DNA of 63,408 bases, filler included, from Octopus bimaculoides (taxonomy: Eukaryota), in NCBI RefSeq assembly GCF_001194135.2. It is 6 parts of 5 records of this genome, joined end to end, with 100 filler letters (N's around TTAATTAATTAA, not from the genome) between each part and the next. Parts side by side here need not be neighbours in the genome. Positions count along the whole stretch, not along the records: positions 1 to 26,540 come from NC_068986.1; positions 26,641 to 44,097 come from NC_068997.1; 4 more parts are not named here. One strand, 5' to 3'. Numbering within the stretch: position 1 is the first letter of the stretch; each line of letters starts with the position of its first letter. A program made the position numbers and the translations under genes. The notes under the pieces were generated by a model. It was given only the letters and a program-made list of their open reading frames with translations. It did not search any database and had not been told where the DNA came from. Positions 24,688-35,256 of this stretch are shown here, piece by piece.

Positions 24688-25647
24688 GTTTATGTATGTA
24701 GCAGCTTGTGTGCATGTAACTGTATGTAACACACATGAAAAGAGGTGTGATATTGAAAAAAAGAAAAGAAAAAAAAAACTAAAAATACCTGTGATTCTTT
24801 TTGATCACAAAGCAGCAGAAATATTCATAGAAACTAAAATGAGAAGGAACACGGTATTTCTCTGGAATAGAGTATCTATTCCGAAATAGCGTCGCTTTCT
24901 TCATGCCTTTGTTCCTATTTTCATTCTTTCATATTTTTTTCAGTTATACAAGTATATATATATATATGTATATGTATATATATATATATTTATGTATATG
25001 TATGTGTATATATATATGTATACATACATNNNNNNNNNNNNNNNNNNNNNNNNNNNNNNNNNNNNNNNNNNNNNNNNNNNNNNNNNNNNNNNNNNNNNNN
25101 NNNNNNNNNNNNNNNNNNNNNNNNNNNNNNNNNNNNNNNNNNNNNNNNNNNNNNNNNNNNNNNNNNNNNTAATATAAGTGTGTGTGTGTGTGTGTGTGTG
25201 CGTGTGCGTGTGCGTGCGCGCGCGCATGTGCCCTTTAGTAGAGCTAATCTCAAATTATTAAGCCATGAAGAAATTATCTGCCAATCGATATATCGACGAA
25301 GGCAAATTAAATGAAAACACGTGTATCTGTGTACGTGTGCGTGCGTGTGTGTATGTGTGCGTGTTTGTGTGTAAAAGTGTGTATGTGCGCGCGCACGCGT
25401 GTGCGGAATGTTACAATATTTCTGTTCGATTTAAATAACAACAACAAAGATAATAATGATAATAATAAGAGAGAGAAAGAAGACGTGAAAGAAAGGAAGA
25501 AAAAAAGAAAGAAAGAAAGAAAGAAAAATGTCTTTTTAAGTTGAAATGAATATTAGTTCAAAAAACATTATTATTCCATAAAACAACTGAGAAAACTGAA
25601 TCCCAAATGCATACACATATAACAACAACAACAACAACAACAACAAC

Positions 25648-25678
<31 letters not shown>

Positions 25679-25681
25679 GTA

Positions 25682-25713
<32 letters not shown>

Positions 25714-25735
25714 GATGATGATGATCGTAACGATG

Positions 25736-25778
<43 letters not shown>

Positions 25779-25869
25779 TAATAATAATAATGTTAATAAT
25801 AATGATAACATTTGTGTGGTGCATGTGTCAATTGTTACTGAAATGAACATAGAGAGATAGATAGATAGA

Positions 25870-25990
25870 TAGATAACATATGTGTATATACGTACATATA
25901 TATATAATATTATATATATATATATAATATAGATAACATATGTGTATATACGTACATATATATTTAATATTATATATATATATATAATAT
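25870..25990. repeat. 60-bp tandem duplication within an AT microsatellite zone
   Basis: AGATAACATATGTGTATATACGTACATATATAT... repeats at a 60-bp period with one mismatch. Confidence 0.9.
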
Positions 25991-26040
25991 TATATATATA
26001 TATATATATATGTATGTATATATGTATGCATGTATGTATG

Positions 26041-26074
<34 letters not shown>

Positions 26075-26345
26075 TACAGTACGTACACTCACACACATGC
26101 ATTCAAAAAACTTGATAAATATCTATATGAATTCAAAACATGGTTGATATATGTTTGGTTTTATCGTATCATATATCTGTGCGTGTGGTGAGCGGGTGCG
26201 TGTGGTGGGAGGGTGCGTGCGTGTGTTTGCGTATGTGTGCCTATGCAGTATAAATGTGTGTGTGTGACTGATTAGAAGTTATTGGCCAACAGCTCTTATG
26301 AAAGGCATTATGTTTTATTCCAATATCTTTTACCTTTTTTGCCAG

Positions 26346-26360
26346 GAAGCAGAAATGCTT
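26346..26360 (+). other. Candidate 15-nt micro-exon
   Basis: CTTTTACCTTTTTTGCCAG|GAAGCAGAAATGCTT|GTAAGC. Motif-only evidence. Confidence 0.2.
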
Positions 26361-26472
26361 GTAAGCCGAATTACACGATAATACGACCCTTTAAGTGACT
26401 TGACCATATAATCTGTATTTATCTATCTTTCCTTAAAAATGTGTATATACGTGTGTGTAAATGTACACACAT

Positions 26473-26504
<32 letters not shown>

Positions 26505-26540
26505 GTTTATATATGTATGTATATATATATATATATATAT

Positions 26541-26640
26541 NNNNNNNNNNNNNNNNNNNNNNNNNNNNNNNNNNNNNNNNNNNNTTAATTAATTAANNNN
26601 NNNNNNNNNNNNNNNNNNNNNNNNNNNNNNNNNNNNNNNN
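26541..26640. other. Artificial scaffold linker N44-TTAATTAATTAA-N44
   Basis: Same 100-bp structure at 44098-44197, 54676-54775, 60249-60348 and 62141-62240; the palindromic 12-mer has TAA stops in all six frames. Confidence 0.95.
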
Positions 26641-26687
26641 TATATATATACATACATACATACATACATACATACATACATACATAC

Positions 26688-26849
26688 GACGGGCTTCTTT
26701 CAGTTTCCGTCTACCAAATCCACTTACGAATCTTTGTTCGGCCCGAGGCTATAGTAGAAGACACTTGCCCAAGGTGCCACGCAGTGGGACTGAACCTGGA
26801 ATCATGTGGCGGCTAAGCAAGCTACTTACCACACAGCCACTCCTGCGCC
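26688..26849 (-). mobile_element. SINE family B (tRNA head plus CORE-like body, resembles octopus OR2-type) 5' half
   Basis: Reverse complement GGCGCAGGAGTGGCTGTGTGGTAAG...GGTTCAGTCCC...CACCTTGGGCAAGTGTCTTC...GGTAGACGGAAACTGAAAGAAGCCCGTC. Confidence 0.85.
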
Positions 26850-27130
26850 GACGAACGGAAACGGGAAACTCTAAGTAACAGCTTTTGTTATATTCCTACT
26901 GCTTTTAAATAAAGTATATTACTCTACCTCTGATATTTGAGTACTCTTTTTTCCACCTTGTTTCACATTTATGTGCTTACTCTGGTATATATATATATAA
27001 ATAATACAATGGATATATAAGCATGTATACACATATATATGTACATACTTGCATCTACATGTGTATATAGATGCATATTCGGGTACAGGACGTTAGAAAA
27101 ATGAACTACAGACAACGGAACGATATATAA
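26848..27130 (+). mobile_element. Penelope-like terminal-repeat remnant with decayed minimal-hammerhead motif
   Basis: CCGACGA-a-cg-GAAA-cg-g-GAAAC-tctaa-GTA-acag at 26848-26881. Downstream GGGTACAGGACGT resembles the palindrome arms at 38925-39258. Family assignment is inference. Confidence 0.4.
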
Positions 27131-27330
27131 TCATCACTGTTTTAACATCCACTTTTCAGTGCATATGCTTTGGTCAGGTGGAATGCATTTTCTATAGCTG
27201 AATGCCCTTCCTGTCGACATCACTCACTTGTTTCTGAGCAAAGTAATATTTCCATGTGACTGGACATATTTGCAAAGATGATTGGAAACAAATAACCACT
27301 TTTATGATGATGACACTCTATCATGTAATG
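27130..27330 (-). mobile_element. SINE-like family E 3' fragment
   Basis: TCATCA..TTTAACATCCACTTT and CTATAGCTGAATGCCCTTCCT, shared with 62275-62700. Confidence 0.55.
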
Positions 27331-27822
27331 CCAAGACATAGAAGCACAAACAAAAAAGCATATGCATGCGTGTGCGTGTGTCTGTATNNNNNNNNNNNNN
27401 NNNNNNNNNNNNNNNNNNNNNNNNNNNNNNNNNNNNNNNNNNNNNNNNNNNNNNNNNNNNNNNNNNNNNNNNNNNNNNNNNNNNNNNNNNNNNNNNNNNN
27501 NNNNNNNNNNNNNNNNNNNNNNNNNNNNNNNNNNNNNNNNNNNNNNNNNNNNNNNNNNNNNNNNNNNNNNNNNNNNNNNNNNNNNNNNNNNNNNNNNNNN
27601 NNNNNNNNNNNNNNNNNNNNNNNNNNNNNNNNNNNNNNNNNNNNNNNNNNNNNNNNNNNNNNNNNNNNNNNNNNNNNNNNNNNNNNNNNNNNNNNNNNNN
27701 NNNNNNNNNNNNNNNNNNNNNNNNNNNNNNNNNNNNNNNNNNNNNNNNNNNNNNNNNNNNNNNGAAAACATTCACAAAGCTAACTGGAAATCAGTTCATT
27801 GTTACATGGCATAAATGAGGTA

Positions 27823-28150
27823 GATGTAATATCAACCATAGATGAAATGAGCTTAAACTCTGTCTGCACTGGGCCCTGGTGCATTCCCAGCAATCCTCCT
27901 AAAAGTAGCATATAAACAAACTTTAGCTAAACCACACTAGAAACTTTACCAAAGCTTCTTGCAATTAAGACACCTCTGAAAAAGATGAAGGAAAGCACAA
28001 TATGCCCTATTCATAAAGGTAGGGCAGAGCAGATACTTAAAAAAATTACAGGCCAGTCACCAAAGTAATAGAGACAAACAATCAGCAAAACCCAGAAAGA
28101 AGCTGCCTTACTCAAACGCTGCAGCACTATGACTGGATGTTAAAAGAGCT
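27823..28150 (+). mobile_element. CR1-clade LINE RT N-terminal fragment
   Basis: Across frameshifts: DVISTIDEM..GP..FPAILLK..LAKPL..ICPIHKG..KNYRPV..QHYDWMLK. Confidence 0.75.
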
Positions 28151-28167
28151 GCTTAATCGTTCATTAT

Positions 28168-28578
28168 ATCTTTTATCCATTACTTGTTCCAGTCATTAGA
28201 CTTTGGCCATGTTGGGGCACTACCTTGAAGAATTTTAGTTGAATGTATTGATACTTGTATTTATTTTTTTTTTTTAAACTAGTACTTATTCTCTTGGTTC
28301 GTTTTGCCGAACGGTTAATTTACGGGACGTAAATAAACGAGCATCGGTTGTCAAACAATGTAGTGGACGGACAAACATAGGCACAAATACACACGTGCAC
28401 ATAAATATATTTATATACAGTGGGCTTCTTTCAGTTTTCGTCTACCAAATCCACTCGCAAGGCTTTAATCGAGTCGAGGCTTTAGTAAATGACACTTCCT
28501 CAAGATACCACGCAATGGGACTGAACCAGGAACCATGCTGTTGAGAAGCAAGCTTCTTACTACTCAGCCAAGCCTGCG
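28168..28578 (-). mobile_element. SINE family B, near full length
   Basis: Head, CORE-like body, internal (AC/AT) tract and the 3' GCCATGTTGGGGCAC/CAGTCATT end. Confidence 0.85.
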
Positions 28579-28954
28579 CTTATGTATGTATTTATGTAAG
28601 TATTACATACATGCATATGAATGTGTGTTTTTGTGTGTATGTATGCGTGTGTGCGTGCGTGTGCGTGTGTGTGTGCGCGTGATTTCCTTCCCCTGATAGG
28701 AATGCTAGTGTTTGCTTTTCTCAGTCAACTGCTCAATAGCCATTTTGTAAAGTGAGGAATACAAAAAGACATTTGTTTCTTCGATGTTCCTGGTAATACA
28801 ACCTTCAAAATTTAAGGTCCTGTTGGGATTTTCACTATATCATCCTAGATATAGCGATTATCTTTAAAGTTTGGATTACAGATGAAGCTTTTTATTTCTC
28901 CCCAAGAATCCATATTCATCTATACCTTGTACCAGTGAGGAAATATATATCTTA

Positions 28955-29188
28955 GGGCGGCGAGATGGCAGAATCGTTAGCACGTCAGGCGAAATGCTTA
29001 GCGGTATTTTGTCTGCCGTTACGTTCTGAGTTCAAATTCCGCCGAGGTCGACTTTGCCTTTCATCCTTTCGGGGCCGATTAAATAAGTACCAGTTACGCA
29101 CTGGGGTCGATGTAATCGACTTAATCTCTTTGTCTGTCCTTGTTTGTCCACTCTATGTATACCCCCTCCCTGTGGGGAATAAATAAAT
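28955..29188 (+). mobile_element. SINE family A variant with alternative 3' tail and 14-bp TSD
   Basis: AAATATATATCTTA at 28941-28954 and 29189-29202; ends TGTCCTTGTTTGTCC...GGGGAATAAATAAAT rather than the GGCCTTGTGCC..(ATT)n end. Confidence 0.92.
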
Positions 29189-29827
29189 AAATATATATCT
29201 TACAATTATCAATGATAATGGTTATAAAGCTAAAAGTGAATTTTGAGTTCTGGGCTTGAATTTTCATCTATTTCTGTTATCCTATTCACACTAAGCAAGC
29301 AGCAGACTTCTACAACAGAACACGCTTGTGTGTGTGTGTGTGTATGTATTGAGATTTCAAACGACAGTGTCAGGTCGGTCGGGTTTCAAATTCGTTGGCG
29401 GTCTATTTTTAGGTTTCTTCAATATTTTTTTTCGTATTTGTTGGCTGTTTTTATCTTTCTTATTTCTTATTTTAATCCAGATTATTAAGACAACAATATC
29501 ACACTTTATGGGGAATGGGTATCCCGAGGAATCCTCTCGTAGCTAGCAATGATGTTTTTAATGTTTCCAGCTCTGGTTTTACATTTGTTTTGAACTTCTT
29601 TTGTCTATTCTGTACAAAAGACACTTTTGTTCTCTTTTTTTTTACGAAAAAACAAACAAAAACAAAACAAACGACAGACTGTTTATCCAAGTTAAGCAAA
29701 CAATCGATTGGTTATTGGATATTTAACAAATTGAATTACCAGGATTTCTTGCACCTGAATTACTCAGGGATAACCTTCAAAACGAAAATCATTGAACTTG
29801 TCTATACTCAACACGAGGCTTTTAGTA

Positions 29828-29965
29828 GGGCTGCAAGCTGGCAGAATCTTTAGCATTTCGTCTTCAGGATCTCAGTTCAAATTCCGCTGAGGTTGACTTT
29901 GCTTTTTATTCTTTTGGGGCCGATAAAATAAGTAGCAGTTGACCTTGTACCAAAATTTGAAACCA
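29828..29965 (+). mobile_element. SINE family A copy, deleted
   Basis: AAGCTGGCAGAATC, CAGTTCAAATTCCGCTGAGGTTGACTTTG, AAAATTTGAAACC. Confidence 0.75.
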
Positions 29966-30789
29966 ATATTAGACTTTTAGTGTAGTTTAATTCCCTTGAA
30001 GTCTGTGCTTAGCTATTTCAAGTGTCCATGTACAACCTTCTCAAATAACTTATCTATTTTTACAATAATTATCTTTGTGTCATTCTTAAGCTAGAGACAC
30101 TGTCGATAGGCTCAGTATTTGTCCTGAGATAATATCGTTTTAAGGACTGGCAGGGGGACATATCCTGCAATAACTACCCTATTGACAATGTATGTACTTT
30201 AAGTATGATGCATAAATAGCTATTTTACTCTAATGGAGTACTACTTCAATTGTGTATACCGATTGTTTTTTATCTATTTTTGTTTTCGTTTTGTGTTGGT
30301 TTATATTACATAACCCCTCCTTAGCTAACCTACTAATTTTATTTCCTTCTACTTATAAAATTCAGCAAGATATCTACTGAGCTCACATCTTTATGTTTTT
30401 GCCAACAACTATAATGATATTTTGTTTCTAGGGAGAGACATTTCGCCATTATTATTAACACACGCACTGGTTCAATTCCACTCCTTTATTATTAGCCATT
30501 TGATTAGTAAGTCATTAAACAGTAAGTCATTTATTCTGTTTTAGTTTTGTTTTGTTTTTTACGAAAAATACAAACAAAAACAAAACAAGCGACTGACTGT
30601 TTATCCAAGTTAATCAAGTAATCGATTAGTTATTGGATATTTAACCAATTGACTAATAATAAAGGAGTGGAATTGAACTAGTGGGGGTGTTATTAATGTT
30701 GGAGTATTGACCCTCCCAAGGCACAACAAAATTTGTTTCAACACATGATTCCACATAAAGAATCTTGCAAACCAAATACAAAAGCGAAG

Positions 30790-31330
30790 TAAAATTATTT
30801 TAAAACTTTCAAAACTCTCTTAGTTAAAGGATCGCTGATATTTGGCATTCTCACCTTGCACAAGATGCTTGTAGCTCTTCTCTGCATTGTCATACAGATA
30901 TATTCTGGTTTACTAAGCAGACACACTTTTTTTTCCCACGTTTCACTATTACCAACGCACATTCGAATTCTGATATTGGTGGAATAACGAGATATGAAAT
31001 TCTTCTTGCTTCTTGATATGCTCACTAATCTACTCATAGAGCTCCAACACGCCTACAAAGATAAGAGATATTTCTAAAGTTGGGATACTTAATTCCATAA
31101 ACGTCATATTTCGTAAGCAGGAATCATAATGAGTTTAACAAGAGAAAGTAAGTTCTGACAAGCTATCACCTTGCAGAATGTCTTTGAGATTGTTACCAGA
31201 CTTGATTAGCCGGTGTTTACCTGTAAGGAGTGACGTGTTGTACCAAACATTACTTATGTCGTCAATAACAATTGCTAGCCGCCCTGAAACTTTGGTTGAT
31301 TCTAAGGCTTTGATAATTTTCCTATGTAGC
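30790..31330 (-). mobile_element. R4/Dong-like (RLE-type) RT-domain fragment
   Basis: ORF 31135-31332 includes ILQGDSLS (RT QGD motif); the rest is stop-ridden. Confidence 0.65.
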
Positions 31331-31529
31331 AAATGAGGCTTTCTTGTTGTTCAGCCACATTTCAGCTACATTACTGCGAGTTCGTCACTATTTCCTCTTT
31401 GTCCATTCTGTTAATAAGGAACTCTTCTGTTACATTCTTATTGATATGAATCTAGGTATCTACAACAAGCTGTGTCTATATGAATGTTTGTATCCTCAGC
31501 TACGTTTGCATATATAAATTTATGTATTT

Positions 31530-31964
31530 TTTACCTTTTACTTGTTTCAGTTATTAGACTGCAGCCATGCTGGGCGCTCCCTTGAAGAATTTTAGTCGAT
31601 CGAATCGACCCCAACATTTATTATTTCTTTATTTTTGTAAAGCCTGGTACTTATACTATCGGTCTCTTTTGACGAACCACTAAGTTACAGGAGCGTAAAC
31701 ACACCAACATTGGTTGCCAAGCGGTGGTACAAGCCAAGCATATACACAAAGAAACAAAATACACATACACACAGACATACGCACAAACGCCCATATAATA
31801 TATATATATACGCACACAGGCGCGCGAGTGGACCTCTTTTAGTTTCCGTCTGCCAAATCCACATACAAGGCTTTGATCCGCTCGAGGCTATAATAGAAGA
31901 CACTAGCCCAATGTGCCACAGTGGCTCTAAAACAAACTTCTTACCACGTAGCCACATCTGCGCC
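31530..31964 (-). mobile_element. SINE family B, near full length with deletion
   Basis: Same head, body and tail motifs as other family B copies. Confidence 0.85.
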
Positions 31965-32328
31965 TATTTGTGTGAGCTTATATATACTCAAGAAATTCTA
32001 CACCCTAGTGTAGATGTCGATGTTCTCCTCACATGTGCAGCTGTTGTTACCATGTGGCTGAACTATATAAAGCGCTCAAAGTCTTCCTGGTTAATGATAC
32101 ACCATGCGGAACCAACAATGGAGCCTATACGCTGTCGCTCGATCTGTCAGAAGCAGCAGCCAAGGACCTCTTAAATTACATCTATCATCTTGAAAAGCAA
32201 AAGATACACTGAATACAGTCCGAGACACACAATACCCAGAACAACTGGATGGTCATGACCGGAATGTCTCAGCTCTCAGACCTGCTAACGATTTCTGCCG
32301 ACTCACCACCTGGACATCATATTGTGGT

Positions 32329-32713
32329 TGCAGTTGGCACTCCGTCGCTTACGACGTCGAGGGTTCCAGTTGATCCGATCAACGGAACAGCCTGCTCGTG
32401 AAATTTACGTGCAAGTGGCTGAGCACTCCACAGACACGTGTACCCTTAATGTAGTTCTCGGGGATATTCAGCGTGGCACAGTGTGACAAGGCTGACCCTT
32501 TGTATTACAGGCACAACAGAAACAGGAAGTAAGAGTAAGAGAAAGTTGTAGTGAAAGAGTACAGCAGGGTTCGCCACCATCCCCTGTCGGAGCTTCATGG
32601 AGCTTTAGGTGTTTTCGCTCAATAAACACTCACAACGCCCGGTCTGGGATTCGAAACCGCGATCCTATGACCGCGAGTCCGCTGCCCTAACCACTGGGCC
32701 ATTGCGCCTCCAT
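32329..32713 (-). mobile_element. SINE family C (tRNA-derived), intact, 12-bp TSD
   Basis: Reverse complement GGAGGCGCAATGGCCCAGTGGTTAGGGCAGCGGAC (A box)...GGTTTCGAATCCC (B box)...GACGGAGTGCCAAC; TCATATTGTGGT at 32317-32328 and 32714-32725. Highly similar to 61548-61939. Confidence 0.93.
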
Positions 32714-32724
32714 TCATATTGTGG

Positions 32725-32728
<4 letters not shown>

Positions 32729-32772
<44 letters not shown>
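32729..32772. repeat. 44-nt poly(A) run
   Basis: Counted directly. Confidence 0.95.
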
Positions 32773-32774
<2 letters not shown>

Positions 32775-33117
32775 AACAAAAAAAAAGATTACGCCAAGAA
32801 ATCAGAAATATATATTTTCTTTATTCTTGAGAAAACCAGACAAATATACCTGTATTCTTTAAATAACCTTCACAGATCCCCATCACCATTAATTTACCAG
32901 TTCTACTGAATATGCTTACCAAATTCCTTGCTGCAGTTACAAACAACTGGAAAGTTTCACAAAGGCATGAGTTAGTAAAAACAATGAGAAAAGAAACGAT
33001 ATTTTGTCGAATACAACGGTTTTGATAAAATTGTTCCATCTATTGTTCGCTTTCATAATAAACAACACCATTTTTATTTATTTATTCATTTAATTGATTA
33101 TTTATTTATTTATTTTG

Positions 33118-33236
33118 TACAGCTGTTTCTGAACAAAAGCAGATGACACGGTTGACAGAACAAATGAATCCTCATCATTGAAACCGACGGAAATCTATAC
33201 TAATAATTGAGAGTTCCCTAGGAGTACACCCATATA

Positions 33237-33240
<4 letters not shown>
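33118..33240 (-). mobile_element. Penelope-like remnant with hammerhead-like motifs
   Basis: Minus strand ATGATGA (33178-33172)...GAAAC-AGCT-GTA (33129-33118). The + strand ends TACACCCATATATGC, like the palindrome arm. Confidence 0.4.
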
Positions 33241-33313
<73 letters not shown>

Positions 33314-33669
33314 ATACACACACACGCGTCACATATACACAGAGCCATATATTTATACCCATATGTATATATATATATATAAATACACACACACAAACAC
33401 ACACACATAGAAGAGGAAGACGTGTGCAGACCTCACAAGCTGAAAGTGCTCAATAAGTTACAACTTTCGTCTGTTACCTATGCTCTAAACTATGCAGGTC
33501 TGCAACGGGACTGAAAAGACACCTGAATGGTCGTGGATGGGAAGTCAGAATTGCCATTGACAACGAGGAAGCACAAAGAGATGGCAATCATTTCTGAAGA
33601 TGGAGCAATCACGATGTATGCATGCATGTATGTTTGTATGTATGTGCGTATGCATGTATGCGTGTCACC

Positions 33670-33729
<60 letters not shown>

Positions 33730-33969
33730 NNNNNNNNNNNNNNNNNNNNNNNNNNNNNNNNNNNNNNNNNNNNNNNNNNNNNNTATATATACACATACAT
33801 ACATACATACATACATACATACATACATACATACATGTAGACACATGCATACATACATGCATACATACATACAAGCATACATACATACAAGCATACATAC
33901 ATACATACATACATACATACATACATACATACACACATACAAGAAGACAGAGATTCTGAGGACGATACT

Positions 33970-34185
33970 TTCGTTGCAAGGGCAAAGTACTGAGTCAAAC
34001 GCTTACGAGGGAGCCAACACACGGAAAGCAACTGTGGATTCGTTCTATCAGAACATTCGTTAACCTACTGGTTGAAGATTTTAGTCTACTGAGAAGCGTC
34101 CTACACAAAGCAATCCAGGAGAGGGAATTCTGGAGGCAAATGCTTGATGGTGTTCGTCTGCAGACGAGCGGAAGGTTGGTAGGTA
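33970..34185 (+). mobile_element. RTE-clade LINE 3' fragment
   Basis: KVLSQTLTREPTHGKQ...RTFVNLLVED...KAIQEREFWRQMLDGVR resembles WEP.HGK..RGRP..T..D.L..D / AM.DR..WR. Confidence 0.65.
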
Positions 34186-35032
34186 CCATGTTTGAAATCA
34201 CTCAGCCAAGTGGCCAAGTCTCCTGTTTTAGAATAGCTTGCTTCCTTCCGCCTATCACTATATAAAGGGTTACGAATACTGCTCGCCCCTGCTGACCAAG
34301 CGACAGGCAAAAAATAAAAACATAAAATGAAAAGCGACATCGGTGGAAATTCGAACTCAGATCGTCATGGTCTAAAATTAAAGGCCATGGAATATTTTGT
34401 TTGAAGGGCTGTAACTTCCTAACAGCACGCAAACGTCCTCCCACGCAATTTTGGTATGAGTTAGAATTCTCTACCAAAGTAAAAAAAAAAAAAGGAAAAA
34501 TAATTAATGACTTCCAAATAAGTAAATAAAGAAGAAGAAGAAGAAGAAGAAGAAGAAGAAGANNNNNNNNNNNNNNNNNNNNNNNNNNNNNNNNNNNNNN
34601 NNNNNNNNNNNNNNNNNNNNNNNNNNNNNNNNNNNNNNNNNNNNNNNNNNNNNNNNNNNNNNNNNNNNNNNNNNNNNNNNNNNNNNNNNNNNNNNNNNNN
34701 NNNNNNNNNNNNNNNNNNNNNNNNNNNNNNNNNNNNNNNNNNNNNNNNNNNNNNNNNNNNNNNNNNNNNNNNNNNNNNNNNNNNNNNNNNNNNNNNNNNN
34801 NNNNNNNNNNNNNNNNNNNNNNNNNNNNNNNNNNNNNNNNNNNNNNNNNNNNNNNNNNNNNNNNNNNNNNNNNNNNNNNNNNNNNNNNNNNNNNNNNNNN
34901 NNNNNNNNNNNNNNNNNNNNNNNNNNNNNNNNNNNNNNNNNNNNNNNNNNNNNNNNNNNNNNNNNNNNNNNNNNNNNNNNNNNNNNNNNNNNNNNNNNNN
35001 NNNNNNNNNNNNNNNNNNNNNNNNNNNNNNNN

Positions 35033-35064
<32 letters not shown>

Positions 35065-35225
35065 TGTATGTATATGTATATGTATGTATGTGTGTGTAAG
35101 TGTGTGTACATATATATATATATGTATGTACGTATGTATGTGCATGTATTTATATATATATATATACAATTAAACCTTGGGAGAGGCATTATGCTGGTAA
35201 TAAACATACGAAATACACATACGAA

Positions 35226-35256
<31 letters not shown>

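Noticed and set aside
26585-26596. TTAATTAATTAA islands inside gaps (5 occurrences) as a biological motif
   Set aside because: Always N44-12mer-N44 = 100 bp; an artificial six-frame-stop scaffold linker.
33495-33600. SATGLKRHL peptide as a host C2H2 zinc-finger exon
   Set aside because: Lacks the Cys pair and second His; more likely a remnant of an RTE C-terminal finger and too short to call.
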